From Macrostomum hystrix (taxonomy: Eukaryota > Animalia > Platyhelminthes), in the NCBI GenBank assembly GCA_950097015.1, contig CATNEN010000007.1, forward strand, positions 3,100,001 to 3,164,000: DNA of 64,000 nucleotides, in the 5' to 3' direction. The notes under the pieces are model-generated. The model saw nothing but the letters and a program-made list of their open reading frames with translations. It had not been told where the DNA came from and ran no database searches. This document shows positions 13,982-24,800 of this stretch, piece after piece (the first letter of the stretch is position 1; each line of letters begins with the position of its first letter). Made by a program: the position numbers and the translations under genes.

Positions 13982-14551
13982 CCAATATTTTCTCATGTAC
14001 TCACTGCATTCTTGTTTGCATCGGTATTTACTCTTGTAATTAGGCTCATGACTTTTGTAATAAGATCCTGGAGAGACGATTGGGAGCATTTTTAATGAGA
14101 ATATAATTTTTTTTCGGAGGATGAGCACCCTAGGTTTGGGGTCTTGAGTTTGGGGAATGGGATTTTAGTGCTAATTTGATTGTCTTGGCACGCTTTTTGC
14201 AGCTTCGCTATTTTGTGCATGATCTCTTAGGGAGTGGCTGCGATAATTTGTTTTGTCCAAGTTCACAAACTGGAAAGTATTTTTTTTGGCGGGGGAACCT
14301 TGTTCCTTCAGGAAAGGTAATGGTTTGTGCAATAAGGAGGCTGCGATAATTTTTTGTCCTAGATATTCAACTTACAAACTGATGTGGAATATTAAAAGTA
14401 GAGAATTTAGAATATGGAGACGGAGTTTTTTAGAGAGAGGCGGGGACCCTTTTTTTCCTGATCTCTTCGGGAATAATAAAAGTAATGGTTTGTGGATAAT
14501 GGAGGCTGCGATTATTTTTGTCCTAGAAGGCCCCTCTTGCATACTACTCGA

Positions 14552-15161
14552 TTCTGAGCCTAGATAACTATCGATGCTGAGCCTAGATAACTATCAATGC
14601 TGAGCCTAGGTAACTATCAATGCTGAGCCTAGATAACTATCAATGCTGAGCCTAGGTAACTATCGATGCTGAGCCTAGATAACTATCAATGCTGAGCCTA
14701 GATAACTATCAATGCTGAGCCTAGATAACTATCAATGCTGAGCCTAGATAACTATCAATGCTGAGCCTAGATAACTATCAATGCTGAGCCTAGATAACTA
14801 TCAATGCTGAGCCTAGATAACTATCAATGCTGAGCCTAGATAACTATCAATGCTGAGCCTAGATAGCTATCAATGCTGAGCCTAGATAACTATCAATGCT
14901 GAGCCTGGATAGCTATCAATCCTGTGCCTAGATATCTATAAAAATGTTGAGCCTAGAAATCTATAAGAATGTTGAGCCTAGATATGGATCGATTCTGAGC
15001 CTAGGAATCTATTAATTCTAAGCCTAGATATCTATCAATGCTGAGCATAGATATCTATCAATGCTGAGCCTAGATATCTATCAATGCTTTTGCAAGTAAG
15101 TAAGCAAGTAAGCAAGTAAGTAAGCAAGTAAGTAAGTAAGTAAGCAAGTAAGTAAGCAAGT
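14552..15161. repeat. 23-bp minisatellite plus (AAGT/AAGC)n, copy B
   Basis: Matches 4150-4759 at a +10402 offset. Confidence 0.95.
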
Positions 15162-15442
15162 ATAATCAAGAAATGTTACTTTCTGCCAAGAAAGGCCGAT
15201 CACTTGAATCAATGCAGTTCTCAGCTGTTGCCTTTGGAGTATGCTGTGATGTGAATTTTGAATCTGCTATAATTGAAATCTGCTATATCTGCTAAATGAG
15301 TTTGAATAAAACTCAATCAAAAAAATAAAAAAATATCTCAGTGCCGAACAGATAACAGAAGCCAGCTCAGCCTGTACACATTGGGCAGTAATTATCTCGC
15401 CAGTGGGGTTGACACAGCTATGCACATTTGGGTGAGAAATTC

Positions 15443-16068
15443 CTTATCAGTACGCTCGCCTAACAAAACTGGCTCTGATGCAATCATTAAAATTGGCACA
15501 GGAGCCTCACTGTGCACAAGCTGAAAACAAGAATGCATTAGAAAAGCCTATTTAAAACTGTTTTTCGAATATTTAATCCCCTTGCCAATGGAATTAAGCT
15601 TAATAAAATTACGTGTACCGATTCCGGCCCATTTGTGATCTTTTGGCGAAGGAATTTTGAAAATCGGTTGAGCCGTTCGGGAGCTAGTCGATTGCAAACA
15701 AACATACAAGATTTTCATTTTTAGTATATTAGATAAGACTAGCTGCCTTCGCTACCCTCTGGGTAGCCTCACTGGAGTTCTTATCAGTTCGTTATCAAAA
15801 CTGGCTCTGATGCAATCATTAAAGTTGGCACTGGAGCCTCACTGTGCACAAGCTGAAAACAAGAATGCATTAGAAAAGCCTATTTAAAACAGTTTTTCGA
15901 ATATTTAATCCCCTTGGCAATGAAATTAAGCTTAATAAAAATACGTGTACCGATTCCGGCCCATTTGTGATCTTTTGGCGAAGGAATTTTGAAAATCGGT
16001 TGAGCCGTTCGGGAGCTAGTCGATTGCAAACAAACATACAAGATTTTCATTTTTAGTATATTAGAAGA
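15443..16068 (-). mobile_element. Two mini-Helitron units (copy B of the array)
   Basis: Same unit as 5041-9041, with one internal terminator CTAG at 15739. Confidence 0.85.
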
Positions 16069-17568
16069 TAAAGCCTTGTCAAACAAGCAATAATTTCATG
16101 CAAATACATGAATTTTTTTCTGGTGGGGCGAGCCCCCATAAATACTCTTAATTAATGTAAATTGCGATAAGTTTCATGCGTGTCAAGTTGTAGTGAATGT
16201 GAAGTTGTACAGTTCATTGTATGCATGATGCAATATGACAACCTCACAATAACAATCAGTCTGAACCGGTCTACATAGTTATGTGATAGCTAGCCGAAAA
16301 TTCCGTGCCTTTATCGCAGGTAAAACTGTGAAGGAAACTGCCGGTGTAGCTCACTACATGTAGCTTTGTCATGAATTTAGAATTGGGCCTGCAATCGTAG
16401 GATTTTAGAATAACGTTTGCAATTAGTCGAACCTATTGCCTAAAGTCAGTTTTGGCTGCTAATGCATTGTATACTTTTAATGCAAATTGTCATCCAATAC
16501 AATTAGGTGGACATTTAGAAGTACATTAGAAGTAATTTAGGTGGACATTTATCTCTGGACAAATAAACCAACTTCATCAGTAGAATGTATAACGCAATTT
16601 ATATTTGAAATTCATTTTTCTCAGTCCCATGATGTTTACTTTACACTCTCTCGTAGCTACAGCTGGCGTGTTTGCGATTGGACACTGTTTATTGTATAAA
16701 TCATCTATTGATATACCTTACCTATTTACCCTGTTATGTGCTACTCAAGCAGGTTTCATTTGTTTGTTCTGCTCAGGGGAGGGCCATTTTTGTTTAACTG
16801 CATGTTCGTTTCATATCCGGCTACCAAGCTTCCATCGCGCATTAGTCAATAGCTTCGGCAGTACACTCATTGTGAGAAGTTAGAAAAGGTCTAAGTAATG
16901 CAGTTTTTTGTTCACAGAGATACGATGCTTTACAGTTAAAAGACATGCGTGCAGGGTATTAAGCCTACTTTTTCTGCTCTTAAAATATGATGGAATCATT
17001 TCGGCAGCAAAAACTAATCGCAGAGACCTTTAATCTCAGCATCACTTTCCCGTTAATTTCATCCACCGATTATGTCTTTTACTGACTGAAGAGTGCGTGC
17101 GGAAGACTTCAATTTATTCAGTTTCAGCTTTGGGATTGTAGCCATCTTTGAGATGCTTTTGTTGAAGGTGTGTGTATAACCCTATAGCCAGTCAGTATCT
17201 CGAGGTCCGTCAGGCCAAGAAAACGCGCCGCGGCCAGAGGTCGGGTCCAGAGGTCTTGTAATGACAGAAATGTGGGTAACCCGGTCGTGTTAGGAACTTA
17301 GGGCACGAGGCATTTTCATATAATTTTGTTATATTTGCGTCGAACTCTGAGTATGAGACATAGAATAAGCATTGATTTGCTGGGTTACCAGTGTTGGAAT
17401 TCTGGTTTCCAGGGGTTCAGAAAAGCAACAAATCGACCATTCTCAGGTATTAAGTCTCTGAAGTCTCCTTTTCACTACATGTACGCTCGTAAGTTGATCG
17501 TACTTAACTAGCTATGCAGGTTTGGATGCCTGGTCAGAAGTCTTTTTATCAGCTAGATCAATCGCTGA

Positions 17569-19164
17569 TTATATTTTTTTCTCTGAGGACCCGGGCATTT
17601 CCGACAGCCGGTAACAGCTGAGAGTCTTGCGATCAGCCGAGGCTGCCCCGCAGCAGCGTCTGCAGGCCCGGAAGCAGACCATCGCGCCAACTGCACGTCG
17701 AAATTCGGCGCTTCGCTTCAGCAGAACGAAGACGTTGGTGGTCTGGTTGAGTAGCGCCAGAGCCTTGCTGGCGTAGACAATGTTGGCCAGCAGCAGCAGA
17801 TAGTCGATGTGGTCGGCTACCTTGAGTGTCTCCATGGCTGCGTCCAGCATCGGGTGGAATATCAGCACTGGTAGGTAGAGAACCAGGTAGATAATGGCCA
17901 GAATAACCACGAGGATCGTTCCGTTGAGATCATCAACAGTAGCTCTCTGCGTTCTGTTGAGTTCTCCTTGAAGCGATCGCCGATTGCGCATCGCTGCCAG
18001 GACCCGTTTGACTAGGAAAACATTCAGAAGCAGCATGACCAGAATGGGCAGAGTTGGCGGATTCGATACCAAGCTGGAGTAGAACAGCATGGTCCAGCGA
18101 GCGAACGGTTCGTCCATCCTGTAGCAGTAGATCATAGCGGCCCTTTCAGACACCATCACTTGCATGTGACGCACCAGTGCACCAGTCGGCAATGTGGCAA
18201 CAAGCGATACTAAGAACGTGGCAACAAGGGCCCGAATGGCGCTCTGGCGCCGAGACTGCATAGAGGCCAGCGGACGGTAGATGGCCCAGGCGCGGTCGGC
18301 TACCAGAAGGAGCAGCCAGAGGCAGGCGAGCAGCTGGCAGAAATTGACGGAGTATCTAGAACCGACGAGATTCGTGGAATGATTTCGAGGCAATAGTCTG
18401 CGAGAGTGTGACGCATGTTCTTTACACTGACCCTGAGCACACACACGACACAAATACGTGCACACAGAAACACACACAAACACACAGGTATGCACATCTC
18501 CCCTGACTTATCATCATCATCAGCAGTGGGCACGACCACTGAGTCTTGTGGGGGTGGCCTTCTTGGTGGTAAATTGCACGACAGTCCCCGAGCCCAGTCT
18601 CTTTCGAGTCTCTGCGCGCCTTTTGCGCCCAAAATCGAGTTCGAAACTATGAAACTCGGGAGATACTCAAATGGATTTCTATTGGAAATTTTAAGCATCA
18701 ACATACAAATTAAGTTGTGGTTTGCCATATATTTTTCGTACTATTAATCGCTACTGAGCAATAAAAATTGTCCTCTCACACCTGCAAAATTTGCACCACA
18801 CTTCGCTCAGGTTGTAGAGGTAGAAGCCGTAGTGACCTCGGGTCAGCCAGGACAAGCCCTTGCTAAGGAATCCGTGGAGAATTCCGGTGATGAGTAGATT
18901 TAGACAATCGGCCATTGCGATGCATCCCAGGTACAGATTCTGCCTACTGCTTCGCATGTCAGTCAGCATGACCTTGGCTACGATGACGTTTCCAACTAGG
19001 CCAATGAGCACTACAGCCGGCATCAGGATGCCTGACATCGAGCCGATGAAGTGGGACATGCCGCAGTAGAACTTTCTCGCCGGATCGATACTCAGACAAT
19101 CGCGCACTAGGCTCATGGGGCTCTCTATGAAGCCCACAATGCGTATTGCTTCAGTGCTGTTCAT
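17569..19164 (-). CDS. Orphan class A (rhodopsin-like) peptide-type GPCR, 2 exons, ~389 aa
   Basis: Exons 19164-18782 and 18355-17569, joined by a GT-AG phase-2 intron to give WCKFCR|YSVNFCQLL; total 1170 nt. Seven hydrophobic segments, GN in TM1, LxxAD in TM2, DRA for DRY, and a degenerate TM7 (NQTTNVFVL). Confidence 0.88.
18425..18600 (-). mobile_element. SINE family B, internal fragment (in the GPCR intron)
   Basis: Similar by eye to 40735-40900 (CACACAGGT(A/G)TG(C/T)ACATCT...CCTGACTT; GTAAATTGCACGAC). Confidence 0.6.
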
Positions 19165-19859
19165 TCTCTGCTGGAGGTGTCATTCCTACACGCGTAGATG
19201 CTGTAGCTCTCTAACCCAAGCTGATTTATGAATGCAGCTTTTTTATTTCCACCAATAAAAATCCGTATCCATTAGTTTGCGGCTTGACTGAGGCATTTGT
19301 GTCATCACATTTGGTTCTTGCATCTGGTTGGTTAAAGCAATTTCAGCTTTCATTCTCTAGCGCCCATTGCATGGATTTTATACTCATTCTATATTTTTTA
19401 GGCAAATCGAATCAGCTCATGCATACAGGGACTGAATGGTCACACTTTTTCCTCTAATTTGATGTTGATGTCGCGTTGCGACTTGTTGTAGCTTGTTGTT
19501 GTTAAGGCTACTTTAGCAGTTTGTGATGGGGATTCAGGGATAACTGCTTAGACTAGGCGCCAAATCGATTATCGTCACATTCTTCTTGTGTGACAATGGA
19601 AGGAATGACAGAAAGTGTCTGAAGTGGAGACGCGTGTCAATTCTCCCTTGCGCTTGTTAACCAAATCGAAACAGTCCCATAAACAACACTGTCCACCAGC
19701 TCTGCCGATAACACGCCAATAGAAAAGACACACAAGGGACAGTTATGTAAACGACTGAGTAAAACTGAAATTCTCATTTATTGATCCGAGATGTATACTT
19801 TTTTTCAGACAATGACTTCGGACTTAAGCAAAATTTTCGCTTAGTTAATCAGATGATTA

Positions 19860-20055
19860 ATAATTTATAACACCTGCCCCAATCAGGCCAGTTGTGCAGC
19901 CGACACCACAGCCGCAGCTATTGCGCGGCGCATCTGAAGGCTGCGTACAGGTGTTCGGTCCATGGACTGGGGGACGCCACACACGTCCTCAATTGCCCTA
20001 GCTAATGCTGGTACCCATTTATCAGATGGGTGAACTGAAGCAGTGCAGATTAAAG
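19860..20055 (-). mobile_element. SINE family A, 5'-truncated copy
   Basis: Near-identical to 24440-24610 (GTGCAGCCGACA...GTCCATGGACTGGGGGACGCCAC...GCTGGTACCCATTT). Confidence 0.8.
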
Positions 20056-20149
20056 TTCAAAGTTAATAACAAAGTTCAGCAATTTGACCGTACATAGCTC
20101 GTATCTACGTTCAAACGTACAGAAGACCACGCTATTTCTGCCCATGGAG

Positions 20150-20620
20150 AAACACCACAGAAGGATTTCAAATACCCACTGCCTATACTTCACGACAGCT
20201 CCCAAACCGAATGACCGATTTTCGTGAAAGTCCACCATGGATCAACATTTTCCGCCCTTTACGGTGCACTAACGTTCAAAGCCGTCCGACGTCAGAATCG
20301 TCGAGATATTCAGCAATTGTTGTCGAAGATCCTGACAAGGACAACTAGCATATTGGTCTGTATAAATTTCTATGTCGTCGAATCCGCACATGGTTCAGTA
20401 ATTAAAAAAACTACCAATATAATTAAAATATAATTAATAGCATATCACTAATAGCCTATATTTTCCATGATGAATTTTTGTAAGCCAAAAAAGTATGCCT
20501 GACTTGGTGCCTTTGTAATTCTGAAAGCTGCTTCATCGGATAGTGCTGACATTTTTTGCCATTGTTCTGGATTTCATGGCGATCGGTTTAATATTTTGGG
20601 AGACAGAGAAAAATAAAAAT
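20150..20620. mobile_element. Dispersed repeat family C (unclassified, internal inverted repeat)
   Basis: Similar to 38225-38620 and 41510-41900 (AAATACCCACT...AGCTCCCAAAC...GTCGAGATATTCAGC...TTGTCGAAGATCCTG). Confidence 0.7.
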
Positions 20621-21656
20621 GTGTATTTGAAATGCCCCGGTAGTCTTTCATCTGTTAATTAATAGACTACTATTATTCAGCACGCATTCTAACCTTTCCA
20701 CACTTTTGTTGACGACAAAACGACCTTTTGATGCAGCCCCTCTTGAAGTGATGATTTGCCTCGTGTGCCTCCCTGGGCTAGATCCACCGGCGCGTGAAAC
20801 TCTCGCCGACAAACACTAAGTCACGATAACGATCTTTTTACGATGCTCGTTACGAGCTCGTTAGATGCTCGTACGCAGAATTCTCAAACCGGAAAAAAGC
20901 AGAGTGGGAATGTCCAAGTCTGTGACAACATCACAAATCGGGCTAGTTTTTTATAAATTAAGTTTATTTATTTCTGACAGCGAATTTCAGTGGAAAAAAA
21001 TGATAGTGATGGCATGCTCGCTACAGGAAAAGCTCTAGCTAGTTAATCCTTGCTTAGTGCATCCTTATGCAGCAAATCTGATGCGGTAAAGACAGAATAG
21101 AAAAGTGATCAAGACAAAACGTTATTGTGAGTTAAAATTTTACAGCTGGTTGTGGACAAAACTTTTACAAATGGCAATCTCCAATGAGAATAAAGTAAAA
21201 CAACGAAGCAAAGTTTCACCTATTTGTTTCATATTGCAGACAGCTAAAAGTGCATGCACTTTAACAACAAATTGACTGTAAGACAAAACTAAATTTTCAA
21301 TCAGGCAATATTAGTTTTATTGTGGGTCGAATTATCAGAGATCGTTGACGTCTATCGTAGCTCCTGTAGCCACGTACAAGATTTTCGTCGACAAAAATAG
21401 ACAAAGACCATATTTTAACATATTTATTCAACTGAAATTAAACATCAAATACAACAAAGAAAAATCCCAATGAATGATGGTTTTAGCTTATATTCTTGTG
21501 ATAAAAGTATTAAAGACACAATAATATATCATAATAAGTCATGCTATCTTCTGTTTAAGATATAAATTGAATTTTCAAAGCAAAGTTAGCCTTCTGAATT
21601 TACGTCTTCTTTAAGACGGGTTTCATTTGTAATTAAAAACATAAAATTCTTCAACA

Positions 21657-21829
21657 GGCCAATCAGCCAATCAGCAATCAGCAATCAGCCAATCAGCAAT
21701 CAGCAATCAGCCAATCAGCAATCAGCCAATCAGCAATCAGCCAATCAGCAATCAGCCAATCAGCAATCAGCCAATCAGCAATCAGCCAATCAGCAATCAG
21801 CCAATCAGCCAATCAGCCAATCAGCAATC
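21657..21829. repeat. (AATCAGC/AATCAGCC)n microsatellite containing 12 CCAAT boxes
   Basis: Direct reading. Confidence 0.9.
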
Positions 21830-21860
21830 AATGAATCAAATAATCAGTTCATACTTTCGT

Positions 21861-24800
21861 TCAGACACTGCCAACCGGTTCGGCCGCGTTGCCCTGCCTC
21901 CGAGACGTCAGGTTCGTCATCTGGACGCTGCTGCTAGTCTGTCTGCGGCACTGGCGCCGGTTCTGGTCGCGGGCTCCCGTTGCGCCCGCAGGTCCACTCG
22001 CAAGAGCAGCAGCTGCTTCAGCCGCAGTCGGTGGCTGCCTTCGTCGGGATCCCAGCAGAGCGGCCTCGACGTCTTCCTCGCGCCCAGCATCTCCACCGCG
22101 CCGAAGGTTGTAATTGTTGTTGTTGATATTATTGAGGTTGAAGTTGTTATTGCTCCGACGGTTTTGGCTGTGATTGCCGGCTGGACGCCTGCCGCAGGTC
22201 ACCACCTGTTTGTAATCGGTGATATTTCTCAGAGTTGTTTAGTTTTTAATCAAAGAGCAGTGCAGGTATTATTACAGAAATTCGAGTAGAAAGAGCATGA
22301 AAACACGGCACAGCCAATCACGCAAACCCATCCACCCAACCACCTGCCCTGTGCAAGAGGGCTGAGGGAAATTGCACATCATTTTGGTGCCAGTAGACCT
22401 GCAGCCAGCGGGTGGCAATTCTGCGACTGACTAGGAGTGTACATTTGACTCGACTTTCTCATTCTCGAGTTTTTCTCTGCAGCCCGACCCCTCCCCTTAC
22501 CTCGATGAAGTGAGCTCGGAATCGGCAGCTGATGATGCACAGCGTGATGGGGTTGCTGGCCGAATAAGCGGATGGCAGCAGCTTGGCAACCGTCTTGAGC
22601 CACACGAACAGCACGGGCACCCGGCTGGCGGTGAAGTAGTGCAGCATGAGGATGTAGTCCAGGCCCCAGGCGGCGAAGAACACAGCGGAGAGGCACAGGG
22701 CCAGCTTGGCCAGTTTCCGCCGGCCTTCGATCTGGCTGGCAGCCGAGCTGTTGGCGGCCCTCTCGGTGGCTGCGGCGGCGCGCTCGTGCGCCCTGGCGGT
22801 GCGCATCAGCTTGCAAGCCATGAGGCCATAGAACACGGCGATCAGGGAGCCGGGGATCAGGTAGTACAGCAGCAGCTTGGCCACCAGCATACTTGTGCGG
22901 TAGCCATGGCCCCAGCTCTCAGGGAATGGGTAGCAATGTGGCACCAGCAGGCAGTTGTGCAGCTTCTGCTCAATGTGGCTGCTCAGAGCGTAGGGTGTCG
23001 CCAGGAGCACTGCGATTTCGTGGGCATCATTTTTGGGAGATAACTGAGGATTTGCTGATGCCAATTTCCTATTTGACAGTGGATTTCTGTTATTTTAAGT
23101 TAGATTCTCCATGTCAGTGGGGTGAGATCTCCATGTCAATGGGGTGAGATTCTCCATGTCAGTGGGGTGAGATTCTCCATGTCAATGGGGTGAGATTCTC
23201 CATGTCAGTGGGGTGAGATTCGCCATGTCAGTGGGGTGAGATTATCGATGCCAGTGGGTGAGATTCTCTATGTCAATGGGGTGAGATTCTCTAATGCCAG
23301 TGGGTGAGATTCTCCATGCCAGTGGGTGAGATTCTCCATGCCAGTGGGTGAGATTATCGATGCCAGTGGGTGAGATTCTCCATGCCAGTGGGTTAGATTC
23401 TCTATGCCAGTGGGTGAGATTCTCCATGCCAGTGGGTGAGATTCTCCATTTCAGTGGGGTAGCTCAAGTACTGAAATATAATGTAGCTAGATTTAGTTCT
23501 CGTTAAGGAAAATAATTAATAATAATCAATTAAAAAATAATTAATCGAGATTGAAATATGTAGGCTACGTAAAGTACTTTAAGTTGTTGCACAGTTGCAC
23601 AGTTTAAAATGAAAAAAAATTAAAATTAAATTGATACACAACTTTTAATACAATTTGATTGTTGGATACAGTCACCAACAGTGCTTTAATAGTTTTTAAA
23701 AAAAAATTTTTTTCTCTGTGAAAGCGTAGCTCGGCAGTACGCGGCCTACAAGAAAAGATTCGAGAGAAAAAAACTGCTGTTTTGAATAATGCTACTAATA
23801 GTAGTGCAAAAGAATCTCACCGCACAGCAACTCACCTGCAGCCGCCCAGATGATGCCCAAACCGAGCTTTGGCAACAGACTTCTCGAGTGCTTCAGGTTG
23901 GACATTGGTCTAGTGATGGCGAGACAGCTGAGGGAGGTTTGTGCCGGCTTTGATTTCCAACAATTCCAAGAATAGGCGGATCTACTTTGCAAACCGAAAA
24001 ACAATGATAAATTATGCATCGGAATGTGCTAAAAAATGAATTTCACACTTTGTCAAGACAAATTTGGCCTGAAAATCAATCAATCAAGAATAAATGGATT
24101 GGTAGCCATGGCGGCTCATATGGCTTGATCAACATTCGGGCCGGCTCAGTCAGCCACGGCCGCCAGTTTGCAGAGTCATCGGCTTATTAATTTATCATTC
24201 TGGGTCATGGGAACTGACCATGCAAAACTGGGGAACACTGAGTCCCCATTGAGTAATTGAGTAAAGCAAAGCTCAGCTTTGTGTTCTAAATTTATAGAAA
24301 AATGTTTTGAAATAGCAAGAAACGTCACTCAAACGTCACATTTTGAACTCAAAACTTTACATTTCTTGGGCTCGCTGTGTGCAAATATGGCATTGAAATT
24401 AGTGTCAATAATAATTGATTATTAATAATTGATTACACCTGCCCCTATAGGGCCAGATGTGCAGCCGACAGCACAGCCGCAGCTATTGCGCGGCGCATCT
24501 GAAGACTGCGTACAGCTGTTCAGTCCATGGACTGGGGGACGCCACACCCACCTTCAATTATCCCAGCTGATGCTGGTACCCATTTAACAGCGGGGTGAAC
24601 TGAAGCAATGCAGAGTTAAGTGTCTTGCTAAAGGACACAAATTGTTTCAGTGGAGTCGGGAATCGAACTCCCGACCTTCAAGTCGTAAGTCCGACGCCCT
24701 AACCACTAGGCTACAACCCGAGTGTCAATACAAATATATATACCCATTGCTATCAGCAATAGGACTACCAAGCCATGTTGCCGATCGTTTATATACCCAT

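Larger units (their letters stand above)
9042..16068 (-). mobile_element. Putative ~7.0-kb composite non-autonomous Helitron (two mini-units plus captured minisatellite DNA)
   Basis: 5' end is A|TCTTCTAATATAC at 16068. A different 3' end lies at 9042-9075: an imperfect GC hairpin (plus strand TTTGCCCCCC-TTC-GGGGAGCAGAAA) followed by CATG-CTAG|T. The interior matches 1-5300 at a +10401/+10402 offset. Confidence 0.6.

Noticed and set aside
1-15700. The 10.4-kb duplication as a pure assembly artefact
   Set aside because: The copies differ in mini-Helitron number (12 vs 2) and join at a structured CTAG junction. Near-identity means an artefact is not fully excluded without reads.
18356-18495. 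N-terminal part of the 308-aa ORF (MHTCVFVCVSV...)
   Set aside because: It is intronic SINE or (CA)-rich sequence; the phase-matched splice at 18355 gives a better GPCR TM3.
24648-24719. Functional tRNA gene (TAC at the anticodon position)
   Set aside because: The anticodon and T stems are mismatched and the sequence continues into a repeated SINE body.
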